This document shows, in pieces, positions 9,690 through 19,342 of a DNA stretch of 64,000 nucleotides (position 1 is the first letter of the stretch; every line of letters starts with the position of its first letter). The stretch is from an uncultured Candidatus Rokubacteria bacterium. Its GTDB lineage: Bacteria; Methylomirabilota; Methylomirabilia; Rokubacteriales; CSP1-6. The notes beneath the pieces were generated by a model, which was not told the origin of the DNA, ran no database searches, and saw only the letters and a program-made list of their open reading frames with translations. The DNA is taken from assembly GCA_963758635.1 (NCBI GenBank), contig CAVWWD010000008.1, positions 1,024,001 to 1,088,000 on the forward strand, written 5' to 3'. The position numbers were made by a program, and so were the translations under genes.

Positions 9690-11153
9690 CTACGCCGGGG
9701 GCATCGCGGCCAGGTCCTGCAGAAGCCCGGCGGTGGTGCGAGCGCCCTGGAACAGGTGGTCGAGCTTCAGGTGCTCGTTCGGGCTGTGCTGGCGGTTGCC
9801 GGCGCTGGCGTAGGGGACCACGTAGGTGGGCAGCTTCAGGATGTCCGTGAACGCCCACAGCGGCACGCTGCCTCCGAGCGTGGGCATCACGACGGCCTTC
9901 TCGCCCCCGTGCGCCCGCTCGATGGCCTCGATCAGGTGACGCGCCAGCGGCGTGTCCACCGGGCTCTTGGCCGGGTCGTAGCCGCCCTTCTCGACGACCC
10001 GGATGGCCTTGCCGCGGAGGTCGTCGGGGAGCGGCGCGTCCGCCGACTCGATCACGTGGAAGCCCTGGGCCCGGATGTGGTCGATGACCCGCCGGTACAC
10101 CGTCTCCATGCGCTGGTTCTTCACCAGGCGGATGTCGAGCGCCACCGTGGCGCGGTGGGGGATGATCGTGTTGCCTTCCTTGCCGATGAACCCGGACTGG
10201 AGCCCGCGGATGTTGAGCGTGGTGTGGAACATCATGCGCTCGAGGTAGTCGGCGGGCAGCGGCACGCCGAGCTCCCGGCCGAGCGCGCCGAGGTCCATCG
10301 GGATGTCGGCCATGAGCTTCCGCTCGGCCGCGGTCGGCATGACGACGTCCTCCTCCAGCCCCTCGATGAGCGGCACGCCGTCGGGGGTGGCCATCGAGGA
10401 GAGGAGGCCGTTCAGCTTCCAGGCCGGATTGGGCACGACGAAGTTGCCCGAGTGGAGGTCCCGCCGCGCGGCCTCCAGGACCATCTCGATCTTCATGTTG
10501 CCGCGGGCGCCCCCGGCCACCGTGGGGCGGCCGCTGTCGTGCTTGGGCCCGTCGGTGACGAGCACGAGATCCGCGGCGAGGATGTCGCGATGCTTCTCGG
10601 TGAACGGCCCGAAGAAGGGGCTGCCGATCTCCTCCTCGCCGTCGAAGATGAGCTTCACGTTCACCGCCGAGGCGATGCCCACGCGATCCATCAGGCGCAG
10701 CGCCTCCAGATGGCACCAGATCGGCCCCTTGTCGTCCGAGGCCCCGCGCGCGTAGAGGCGGTGGGCGGCGAGGTCGGCGGCGGGCACGGCCTCGAAGGGC
10801 TGGGCGGCCACGCCCGCCTCGGCGAGCCCACGTCGGAGCACGGGCTCGATCGGGGAGGGCTGGAGCCAGCCGGCGGGCGGGATCGGCTTGGTGTCGTAGT
10901 GGCAGTAGAAGAGGATGGTCCGGCGGGCGCCGGGAACGCGACGCTCGCCGAAGACGGCGGGGTTGCCGCCCGTCTCGAGCACGCGCGCCTCGAGGCCGCG
11001 CGCGCGCATGGCGGCGGCGAGCCACTCGCCGCCCACCCGGACCAGCGCGGGCTCCTGGCTCACCGTGTTCAGGCGCAGGAAGTCGATGAAGCTCCGGGTG
11101 ATCTCGCCGTGCTCGGCGGCGAGCAGGCGGTCGAAGGCCGTCCAGTCGGTCAT
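9690..11153 (-). CDS. M20/M25/M40 family metallopeptidase/amidohydrolase
   Basis: YCHYDT, RGASDDKG, DGEEEIGS, DLHSGN, QHSPNE metal-ligand motifs. Confidence 0.9.
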   Translation of the reverse strand: MTDWTAFDRLLAAEHGEITRSFIDFLRLNTVSQEPALVRVGGEWLAAAMRARGLEARVLETGGNPAVFGERRVPGARRTILFYCHYDTKPIPPAGWLQPSPIEPVLRRGLAEAGVAAQPFEAVPAADLAAHRLYARGASDDKGPIWCHLEALRLMDRVGIASAVNVKLIFDGEEEIGSPFFGPFTEKHRDILAADLVLVTDGPKHDSGRPTVAGGARGNMKIEMVLEAARRDLHSGNFVVPNPAWKLNGLLSSMATPDGVPLIEGLEEDVVMPTAAERKLMADIPMDLGALGRELGVPLPADYLERMMFHTTLNIRGLQSGFIGKEGNTIIPHRATVALDIRLVKNQRMETVYRRVIDHIRAQGFHVIESADAPLPDDLRGKAIRVVEKGGYDPAKSPVDTPLARHLIEAIERAHGGEKAVVMPTLGGSVPLWAFTDILKLPTYVVPYASAGNRQHSPNEHLKLDHLFQGARTTAGLLQDLAAMPPA

Positions 11154-11160
11154 GGCGGTC

Positions 11161-12033
11161 TCACCTCTGCAGGACCCGGAGGCGCGGGTCGAGGGTGTCG
11201 CGCAGGCCGTCGCCGAGGAGGTTCAGGCTGAGGCCGGCGATGGTGAGGGTGACCCCGGGGAACAGGCTCACCCAGAAGGCTTCGCGGATCACGTTCTTGC
11301 CGCTGGCGATCACGTTCCCCCACGAGGGCACGTAGGGCGGCACGCCCACGCCGAGGAAGCCCAGGATGGCCTCGGCGAGCACGGCGTACGCGAAGATGAA
11401 CGTGCCCTGCACGAGGAGCGGCGCCATGCAGTTGGGCAGGATGTGCCGGAGCGCGATGCCGGCGTCCCGGCGGCCGAGGGCGCGCGCGGCCTGCACGTAG
11501 TCCAGCTCGCGCAGGCTCAGCACGGTGCTGCGCACGAGGAGCGCGGTGCGCGGCGTGTACACGATGGACAGCGACAGGATGACGTTCCACACGCCGGGCC
11601 CCCGCGCGGCCATGAAGGCGATGGCGAGGAGGATGGCGGGAAACGCCATCAGGCCGTCGGTGAACCGCATGATGATCGTGTCCAGGCGCCGGTAGTAGCC
11701 CGCGGTGAGCCCGATGACCACCCCGCCCAGCGACGTGAGGAGCATGGTCACGCTGCCCACGAGCAGGGACACGCGGCTTCCGTGCACGACCAGGCTCCAC
11801 ACGTCGCGGCCGAACTCGTCCGTGCCCAGGAAGTTCCCCGCGCTGGGCGGCTTCAGCCGGTTCACGGGGTCGAGCCGGGCCGGGTTGTGGGTGGCGATGA
11901 CGCCCGCGAAGCACGCGCCGAGCACCAGCAGCAGGAAGATGACGGCGCCGATCAGCACGTTCCGGTTCCGCGCGAGGCGGCGGAGCCACCGGAGGCGCGG
12001 CGCGGGCGCGGCCACGGCCGCCGGCTCAGCCAT
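11161..12033 (-). CDS. Peptide/nickel ABC permease, DppC type
   Basis: LGTDEFGRD, YVQAARALG, HILPN, NLLGDGLRD. Confidence 0.92.
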   Translation of the reverse strand: MAEPAAVAAPAPRLRWLRRLARNRNVLIGAVIFLLLVLGACFAGVIATHNPARLDPVNRLKPPSAGNFLGTDEFGRDVWSLVVHGSRVSLLVGSVTMLLTSLGGVVIGLTAGYYRRLDTIIMRFTDGLMAFPAILLAIAFMAARGPGVWNVILSLSIVYTPRTALLVRSTVLSLRELDYVQAARALGRRDAGIALRHILPNCMAPLLVQGTFIFAYAVLAEAILGFLGVGVPPYVPSWGNVIASGKNVIREAFWVSLFPGVTLTIAGLSLNLLGDGLRDTLDPRLRVLQR

Positions 12034-12970
12034 AGCGGATCCGCGGATCGATGAACGCGTAGAGCACGTCCACCAGGAGGTTGATCAGCACGTAGGCGGC
12101 GGCGGTGACGAGCACCACGCCCTGCACCACGGGGTAGTCGCGCCGGAGGATCGCCGAGATGACGAGGCGGCCCAGCCCGGGGATGTTGAACACGATCTCG
12201 GTGACCACGGCGCCGCCGATCAGGATGGCCATGGTGATGCCGATCACGGTGACCACCGGCACGAGCGCGTTCCGGAACGCGTGGACCGACACCACCACGC
12301 GCTGGGACACGCCCTTGGCGCGCGCCGTCCGGATGTAGTCCTGCTGGAGCACTTCCAGCATGCACGACCGCGCGATCCGGGCGATCAGCGCGGACTGGTT
12401 GAAGCCGAGCGACACCGCGGGCAGCACCATGTAGCGGAGCGCGCCCCACGGGTCGACCCACACGGACGTGTAGCCGCCCGCGGGAAGCCAGCCGAGCCGG
12501 ACGGCGAAGAGGTAGATGAAGTTCAGGCTGAGCCAGAAGCCGGGAATGCAGACGCCGAGGAGCGCGCCCAGCATCAGCACCCGGTCCCAGAGCGAGCCCG
12601 GGTAGGCGCCGGCGATGAGCCCCGACGGCACCCCGATGGCCACGGCCACGAAGAGCGCCGAGAAGGTCAGGAGCGCGGTGGGCTCGACGCGCTCGAGGAG
12701 CGCCTGGGCCACCGGCCGGTCGAGGAAGTACGAGCGCCCGAGGTCCCCCTGCAGGATGCGCGTGTAGAACTTCCAGAGCTGCTCGTGGAGCGGCCGGTCC
12801 AGGCCGAGCTGTATGCGGGTGGCCTCGATCTGGGCGGGGGTGGCGTCGGGCCCGAGCATGGCGCTGGCCGGGTCGCCGGGGATGAGGTGGATGAGCAGGA
12901 ACACGAGGGTGACGACCACGGCCATCACCGGGATCACCGAGAGGACGCGGCGGACGAGGTAGGACGTCAC
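12026..12970 (-). CDS. Peptide/nickel ABC permease, DppB type
   Basis: PGDPA, DYIRTARAKG, RDYPVVQG, DPRIRY. Confidence 0.92.
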   Translation of the reverse strand: MTSYLVRRVLSVIPVMAVVVTLVFLLIHLIPGDPASAMLGPDATPAQIEATRIQLGLDRPLHEQLWKFYTRILQGDLGRSYFLDRPVAQALLERVEPTALLTFSALFVAVAIGVPSGLIAGAYPGSLWDRVLMLGALLGVCIPGFWLSLNFIYLFAVRLGWLPAGGYTSVWVDPWGALRYMVLPAVSLGFNQSALIARIARSCMLEVLQQDYIRTARAKGVSQRVVVSVHAFRNALVPVVTVIGITMAILIGGAVVTEIVFNIPGLGRLVISAILRRDYPVVQGVVLVTAAAYVLINLLVDVLYAFIDPRIRYG

Positions 12971-12981
12971 GGGAGGGAGCC

Positions 12982-13009
12982 GGGGGCCGCCCCGAGGGGA
13001 GCGGCCCCC
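12982..13009. terminator. GC stem-loop between binding protein and permease (attenuator or mRNA stabiliser)
   Basis: GGGGGCCGC...GCGGCCCCC hairpin immediately after the binding-protein gene. Confidence 0.4.
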
Positions 13010-13031
13010 GCGTCGCCGGGCGCGGGTGCGG

Positions 13032-14609
13032 CTACTTGTCCAGCCACACGCCCCAGAACCGCGGACGCTCGGTCTTGTCGTTGAAGCCCTTCACGTGCTT
13101 GCGCATGGCGCGGAGCCCGAAGAGGTCGCCGTAGCGGATCACCGGGACCTTCTCGTAGAACGTCTTCGTCATCTGCACCCAGAGGTCGTAGCGCTTCTTC
13201 GGGTCGGTCTCCCGGGCGAGCTGGGCGTTGAGCGTCATGAACTCCTCGTCCGACGTCCAGCCCGGCCAGTTGGGCCCCATGTAGATGTGGTGGGTGGGGT
13301 CGTAGAAGTTCCCCATGCCGGTGGTGAAGACGTTGTACTCCTTGGGCTGGACGCGGCGCTGCCCGAGGGTGGCCCAGTCCATGACCTGGAGGTCGATCTT
13401 GAAGCCGACCTCCTCGAGCTGCTGCTTGGAGACCAGGGCGAAGTCGTACATCCACTTGTATTCCTGCGTGGTCATGAACCGCACCGGCTCGCCCTTGTAG
13501 CCCGCCTCGCGCAGGAGCTGCCGCGCCTTGTCCTTGTTGCGCTCGTTCCACGGCAGCCCGGCGATCTTCGTGTGCCAGGTGGGCAGCTCCTGGAAGGCGA
13601 GGCTACTGTCCATGCGGAAGAACTCCGGCTTGCCGCCCGCCACCGTCTTCATGATCGGCTCGATGTCGATGGCGGCCTGCCAGGCCTGGCGGAGCTTCTG
13701 GTTCGTCATCAGGCCTTCCTTCTTGTTGAAGACCGCGACGAGCCAGTAGTACGGCTTCACGATGAGGGGCTGCACGCTGGGGTTGGCCTTCAGCCGGTCG
13801 TAGGCGTCGGCCACGAGGTCGTCGCTGAAGTCGAGGTCGCCGGACTCGATCTGGGCCGCCCGGCTCGCCGCGTCGGGGACAGGGATCCAGCGGAGCTCGT
13901 CCACGTACGCGGTCTTGCCCCCGCCGTAGCCGGACTGCGGCTCGCTCCGCGACTTGTACTCGTCGAAGCGGGTCATGCGGATGTACTGGTCCGGCTTCCA
14001 CTCGGCGAGCTTGAAGGGGCCGGTGCCCACCCACTCGGTGATGCGCTGGTCGGGCGGGAACTTGTCGGCGATCTCCTTGGGGAAGATCGCGCCGAAGTTG
14101 TTGGGCACGGCGAGCGAGATCAGGACGATCGCCGATTTCTCCTTCAGCTTGAACTCCACCGTGTTCTTGTCCACGGCGCGGAAGTCGGCGACCTGCGCGA
14201 AGAGGGACTTGCCGTAGGTCGAGCGCTTCCCCCAGCGGGTGAGCGACGAGACCACGTCCGCCGAGGTCATCTCCTTGCCGTTGTGGAACTTGATGCCCTG
14301 GCGGAGCTTGATCGTGTACGTGAGCCCGTCGCGGGACACCGCGGGCAGGCCCTCGGCGAGCATGGGGACGGGCCGGTAGGACGCGTCGAGGCTGTACAGG
14401 CCCTCGAACACGTGGTTGGTCAGCACCTCGGTGATGGTCTGCGTCCCCCAGTGCGGATCCAGGGACGGCGGCTCGCCGAGGTTGCCGATCTTGAAGATGC
14501 CGCCCTTCTTCTGGGCGGCCACCTCGGGCGTCGGACCGGCGAGGACGAGGGCGGAGAGGACGAGCAGGGTCGGGAACAGGACGCGGGTCAGCTTTGGCAG
14601 CGATCGCAT
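13032..14609 (-). CDS. Family-5 ABC substrate-binding protein
   Basis: Signal peptide, EPPSLDPH, LRQGIKFHNG, VGTGPFK. Confidence 0.92.
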   Translation of the reverse strand: MRSLPKLTRVLFPTLLVLSALVLAGPTPEVAAQKKGGIFKIGNLGEPPSLDPHWGTQTITEVLTNHVFEGLYSLDASYRPVPMLAEGLPAVSRDGLTYTIKLRQGIKFHNGKEMTSADVVSSLTRWGKRSTYGKSLFAQVADFRAVDKNTVEFKLKEKSAIVLISLAVPNNFGAIFPKEIADKFPPDQRITEWVGTGPFKLAEWKPDQYIRMTRFDEYKSRSEPQSGYGGGKTAYVDELRWIPVPDAASRAAQIESGDLDFSDDLVADAYDRLKANPSVQPLIVKPYYWLVAVFNKKEGLMTNQKLRQAWQAAIDIEPIMKTVAGGKPEFFRMDSSLAFQELPTWHTKIAGLPWNERNKDKARQLLREAGYKGEPVRFMTTQEYKWMYDFALVSKQQLEEVGFKIDLQVMDWATLGQRRVQPKEYNVFTTGMGNFYDPTHHIYMGPNWPGWTSDEEFMTLNAQLARETDPKKRYDLWVQMTKTFYEKVPVIRYGDLFGLRAMRKHVKGFNDKTERPRFWGVWLDK

Positions 14610-14690
14610 CGCTCAGGCTCCTTTCGCCGCCCTCGGCGGCGCCCCATGGTCGCCGAACCCATCGGCCCCGTCAACCAGGGGGCGGGCATC

Positions 14691-14851
14691 ACCATGGGGC
14701 GGGCACCCGGGCTTCGCCCGCCCGCCCCGGACGCGCGAGTTTCGCGGGGCGGTGAGCTTGCGTCCGGCCGGCGCGCGGCCCAGCGTTCAGCCGCGCGAAA
14801 GCTCGGGCGTCAGGGGCGGGCGTGGCGAAGCCCGGGTGCCCGCCCCATGGT
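14691..14851. repeat. Long imperfect inverted repeat (~60-bp arms; outer 28 bp perfect)
   Basis: ACCATGGGGCGGGCACCCGGGCTTCGCC (14691-14718) is the exact reverse complement of 14824-14851; pairing continues inward with mismatches. Confidence 0.85.
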
Positions 14852-14890
14852 AGAGTCGGCCGCGTTGCCAACCGACCCAAGGAGCGTGTC

Positions 14891-15967
14891 ATGCACGTCG
14901 CTCACGAGCGTCTTCGACGACTGATCGGGGAGATCATCCAGCGCGGGGGCAGCGAGCCCGCGGAAGCGGACCTGGTGGCCGGCCACCTGGTGGACGCGAA
15001 CCTGGCCGGGCACGACAGCCACGGCGTCCAGCTCGTGCCCGCCTACGTCCGGCACCTCCAGGACGGGCTCGTCGTGCCCAACAGCCCGGTGAAGGTGGCG
15101 AAGGACGACGGCGCGTTCCTGATGTTCGACGGCCAGCGCGGCTACGGGCGGCGCGTGGCCGGCGAGGCCATGGCCATGGGGATCGAGCGCTGCCGGCAGA
15201 CCGGCGTGACCGTGCTGACCCTGGCCAACGCGCACCACATCGGTCGCGTGGGCGCGTACGGCGAGATGGCGAGCGCGGCCGGCCTCGTGTCCATGCACTT
15301 CGTCAACGTGGCCGATCACGCCGGCCTCGTGGCGCCGTTCCGTGGCACGGACTCGCGCTTCTCGACCAACCCGGTCTGCATCGCGATCCCCGGCACCGAC
15401 AGCCAGGCCCCGCTCTTGCTGGACATGGCCACCAGCGGCGTCGCACTGGGCAAGGTCGTGGTGGCGAGGAACGCGGGCAAGCGCGTGCCCGAGGGGAACC
15501 TGATGGACGCGAGCGGCCGGCCCACCACGGACCCGGGCGTCATGTTCGAGGAGCCGCGCGGCTCCCTGCTCCCGTTCGGGGCCCACAAGGGGTACGGGCT
15601 CGCCGTGCTCGCGGAGCTGCTCGCCGGCGGACTGTCGGGGGGCGGCACCATCCAGCCGGGCAACCCCCGTCGCGGCGGCGTGGTGAACAACATGTTCGCG
15701 GTCGTCGTCGATCCCGCCCGGCTCGCCGGCGCCGACTGGCTGCGACGGGAGATCGACGGCTTCGTGAGCTACGTCAAGGCCTCGCCCCCCGTGGACCCCG
15801 CCGCGCCCGTGCTGGTGCCCGGAGACCCGGAGCGGGCCTCGCGAGACGCGCGCCGGCGCACCGGGATCCCGCTGGATCCGACGACCTGGGAAGGTGTCCT
15901 CGCCTCCGGAGAGACCCTCGGGCTCTCCCGGAAGGACGCCGAGACCATCGCCGCCCCTTCGGCCTAG
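14891..15967 (+). CDS. Ldh_2-family (malate/L-lactate/ureidoglycolate, YbiC-like) dehydrogenase
   Basis: GHDSHGV, NAHHIGRVGAY, STNP, LLDMATS, HKGYGLA, PGDPE. Confidence 0.9.
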   Translation: MHVAHERLRRLIGEIIQRGGSEPAEADLVAGHLVDANLAGHDSHGVQLVPAYVRHLQDGLVVPNSPVKVAKDDGAFLMFDGQRGYGRRVAGEAMAMGIERCRQTGVTVLTLANAHHIGRVGAYGEMASAAGLVSMHFVNVADHAGLVAPFRGTDSRFSTNPVCIAIPGTDSQAPLLLDMATSGVALGKVVVARNAGKRVPEGNLMDASGRPTTDPGVMFEEPRGSLLPFGAHKGYGLAVLAELLAGGLSGGGTIQPGNPRRGGVVNNMFAVVVDPARLAGADWLRREIDGFVSYVKASPPVDPAAPVLVPGDPERASRDARRRTGIPLDPTTWEGVLASGETLGLSRKDAETIAAPSA

Positions 15968-15981
15968 CCTCAGGGGCGGCT

Positions 15982-16900
15982 TCAGCTCTCCCGGGCCGCG
16001 CCCTGGACGCCGCGCAGCTTGGGGTCCAGGAGGTCGCGGAGGCCGTCGCCGAAGAGGTTGAGCCCGAGGATGCTCAGCATGATCGCGGCGCCGGGGAACA
16101 GCGTGAGCCAGGCCGCCTGCTGGATGTAGAGCCGCCCCTCGGCGAGGACGTTGCCCCACGACGGGATCTGCGGGGGCACGCCGACGCCCAGGAAGGAGAG
16201 CGCGGCCTCGCCGAGCACGGCGGCGGCGAAGATGAACGTCCCCTGGACGATGACCGGCGACAGGCAGTTCGGCAGCACGTGCAGCATGAGGATGCGGTAA
16301 TCGGGAATGCCGAGCGCCCGCGCCGCCTCGATGTAGGGCGTCTCGCGAATGACGAGGACCGAGCCCCGGACGATCCGGGCCACGCGCGGCACGTACACCA
16401 CCCCGAGCGCGAAGATGACGTTGATCACGCTGGGCCCCAGCGCGGCCATCAGGGCGATGGCCAGGATGATGCCGGGGAAGGCCATGAGCCCGTCCATCAC
16501 GCGCATGAGGACGTTGTCGAGCGCGGTGTAGAAGCCGCCGAGGAGCCCGAAGAAGAGCCCCCCGACGAACGAGAGCAGCACCACCGAGCTGCCCACCAGC
16601 ATCGACAGGCGCGCGCCGTAGATGACGCGGCTCCAGGCGTCGCGGCCGACGTCGTCCGTGCCGAACCAGTGCGTGGCGCTGGGGGGCGACAGGCGAGACT
16701 TCACGTCGAGGAGCCAGGGGGTCCCAGCGCGAGATCGCGGGGGCGGCGAGGGCCACCAGCACGTTGAGGACCACGAGCACCACGCCGACCACCGCGGTCT
16801 TCCGCCGCAGGAAGACGCGCACGCCGAGCCACTTCGGCGACTCCGCGGGGGCCGCGATGAGCGCGCGGTCGGTGAGAGCGCCCACCGTGCCCGTGCTCAT
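15982..16900 (-). CDS. Peptide ABC permease, DppC type (frameshift near 16715)
   Basis: [32 protein letters not shown]. Confidence 0.88.
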
Positions 16901-17841
16901 CGGTAGCGGATCCGCGGGTCCAGCGCGAGGTAGGCGAGGTCCACGGCGAGGTTCACCAGCGTGTAGGCGACGGCGATCAGCAGCACCACGCCCTGGATCA
17001 CCGGGTAGTCGCGCCGGAGCACGGCGGAGATGATGAGCCGGCCGAGCCCGGGGATGTTGAACACCGTCTCGATCACGACCGCGCCCCCGACGAGGATGGC
17101 GAACGTGATGCCGATGACGGTGAGGGTGGGGATGATCGCGTTCTTGAGCGCGTGCTTGTAGACGACCACCCGCTCGGACAGTCCCTTGGAGCGCCCGGCC
17201 AGGATGTACTGCTCGCGCAGCACGTCCAGCATGCTCGATCGCGTGATGCGGGCGATGAGCGCCGACTGCACGAGCCCGAGCGACACCGCGGGCATGATCA
17301 GCGAGCGGAGGTTCGGCCAGAGCCCGGACTCGAGCGGGACGTAGCCCGCCACGGGCAGCCAGCCCAGCCAGACGCCGAACACCAGGATCATGATGAGGCC
17401 GAGGAGGAAGTTCGGGATCGACAGGCCGACGAGGGCCAGGCCCATGAACGTCTGGTCGAGGGCGGAGTTGTGGAAGCGCGCCGAGACGACCCCCGCGGGC
17501 ACGCCGATGAGGACGGCGAGGAGGGTGGCCCAGCTCGTGAGGAGCAGCGTCGGCTCGAGGCGATCGAGGATCGCCTCGAGGACGGGCCGGCGCAGGAAGA
17601 TCGACTGACCCAGGTCGCCGACGAGCAGGCGGCCGTACCACTTCACGAGCTGGACGGGCAGCGATTCGTCCAGCCCGAGCTGATGGCGGAGCTTGGCGAC
17701 GTCGTCGGGCGCAGCGTAGGGGCCGGCGATGATGCTGGCGGGGTCGCCGGGGGCCAAGTGGATGAGCACGAACGCCACCGTGGCCACGACGATCATGACC
17801 GGGATCACCGCGATCACCCGGCGCAGGAGGTAGACGTGCAC
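16897..17841 (-). CDS. Peptide ABC permease, DppB type
   Basis: APGDPA, GRSKGL, RDYPVIQG, DPRIRY. Confidence 0.92.
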   Translation of the reverse strand: MHVYLLRRVIAVIPVMIVVATVAFVLIHLAPGDPASIIAGPYAAPDDVAKLRHQLGLDESLPVQLVKWYGRLLVGDLGQSIFLRRPVLEAILDRLEPTLLLTSWATLLAVLIGVPAGVVSARFHNSALDQTFMGLALVGLSIPNFLLGLIMILVFGVWLGWLPVAGYVPLESGLWPNLRSLIMPAVSLGLVQSALIARITRSSMLDVLREQYILAGRSKGLSERVVVYKHALKNAIIPTLTVIGITFAILVGGAVVIETVFNIPGLGRLIISAVLRRDYPVIQGVVLLIAVAYTLVNLAVDLAYLALDPRIRYR

Positions 17842-17999
17842 GGCTCAGCCTCTCGGGGCGTTCGTGAGGGGGCGGCGGACGGGCGCGTTCGTCGGATTCA
17901 CCGTGGGCTCCGCCGGCGTGAGCATGACACCGCAGCGCGAGGATAGGGCACACGCCGGAGGCCCGCAAGCCGTCTGTGGCCGCCCGCCACGGCTTGGAC

Positions 18000-18261
18000 A
18001 GGTCGCCGCGATCCCGAGCTGGTGGTGCTCGACAAGGACGGCCAGCCCGCTGGTGTCCGTTACCACGTCCTGCCCGCCATGCTGCTCAACGAGCTGCAAC
18101 GGCCGCAGCGCACCGTCGAACAGCAGCAGCGCACCGTCGAAGCGCAGGCCTCGCGGCTGGCCGAGTACGACGAGCGCCTCCGCGACCAGACCCGACTCAT
18201 CGACGAGCTGACGCCGCGGCTCTCCCGCTTGGAAGCGAAGGGCGCCGCGGCGGGACGCTGA
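18000..18261 (+). pseudogene. 3' remnant of a Peptidase S74 (intramolecular chaperone) domain protein
   Basis: (VAA.)PELVVLDKDGQPAGVRYHVLPAMLLNELQ followed by a coiled coil, typical of the end of S74 domains; no 5' part. Confidence 0.6.
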
Positions 18262-18411
18262 GCGGCTTCCTGCTGGAGCCCGCGCGGGACGGCGGGGAGC
18301 CAGGCGAGCCAGGCGTTCATCGCCTGGCTTCTGCCGCCCCGCGGCGGCCTGGACTGGCCAGGGCCGAGGGATATCGCTCGAAGATCGCGGCCCCGGGGAA
18401 CTACCTCGGGC

Positions 18412-19179
18412 TCATTTGTACGCGGCACAAACAACGCGCTTGCCGCGCCGATGCTGCTCGTAGGCGCCCGGGGGCGGCGCGATGAACTCGATCCGTGAGA
18501 ATCCCGCCTGCTCGAGCATGAACCGCAGGGCGTTGGGTGATGGGCAGGTGGCCATCGGCGTCGCCCCGGTCGCCGGGTTGTGGTTGTGAAATTCCGCCGA
18601 TTCGTCGATGAGAGCCAGAGCGCCGTGATAGGGGTACGCCCATTCCCGCGCGCCCCATTCCGTCTGCCCCTGGACCTCCTCGATGACTTGCGTCTCGATG
18701 ATGCAGAGCTCGCTGGTGATGCGGCTGATGTTGCGGAGGCACACCATCGGACTCTCCAGGTGATACAACACGCCCAGGAAGAGGCACAACTCGTAGGGTC
18801 CGCTGCCGTCCACACGAAGGTCCTCGCAGTTGCACAGCTCGTAGGTCAGATTCCGCAGCCCCAGCACCTCGGCGACGAAGCGGGCCTTGGCCAGACTGGC
18901 CTCCCGCACATCCACGCCTCGGACTTCACGCAGGTCCTTGCGCGCCATCGCAATCGAATAAAAGCCCTCGTGACACCCGACGTCCAGGCACCGGATCTGG
19001 CGCAGGCGCGCGCCGAAATGCTCCTCGACGGCTCGATTGACCATGTCAAGGCGCGTCTGATGAATGGGCGCCACCTCTGGCGGCAGCGCTGAAACCGTGC
19101 GGCCATGGATTCCCAGATCGAACTCGTAGAACCAGGGGGCCAGGGCCGCGATGCGCGTCTGAATCTCCTGGCTGGTCAT
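18412..19179 (-). CDS. Class I SAM-dependent methyltransferase (CmoB/DUF1698-like)
   Basis: CLDVGCHEGF motif I, LFLGVLYHL, IIET; visibly more A/T-rich than flanks. Confidence 0.8.
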   Translation of the reverse strand: MTSQEIQTRIAALAPWFYEFDLGIHGRTVSALPPEVAPIHQTRLDMVNRAVEEHFGARLRQIRCLDVGCHEGFYSIAMARKDLREVRGVDVREASLAKARFVAEVLGLRNLTYELCNCEDLRVDGSGPYELCLFLGVLYHLESPMVCLRNISRITSELCIIETQVIEEVQGQTEWGAREWAYPYHGALALIDESAEFHNHNPATGATPMATCPSPNALRFMLEQAGFSRIEFIAPPPGAYEQHRRGKRVVCAAYK

Positions 19180-19342
19180 AGGGGTCAACGGAGCCCTCCA
19201 TCCGTGAGCCCGGCCTCGGATGATGTACCATGCGTGGCCAGGCGTTCGTAGCACGGTCGCCGACATCCTACGCTTCCGCGAGAGGTCAGGTCATCCAGAT
19301 CCTGGTCGCCTTCGAGCACCCGCCGCGATCGAGGAGGTGTCG

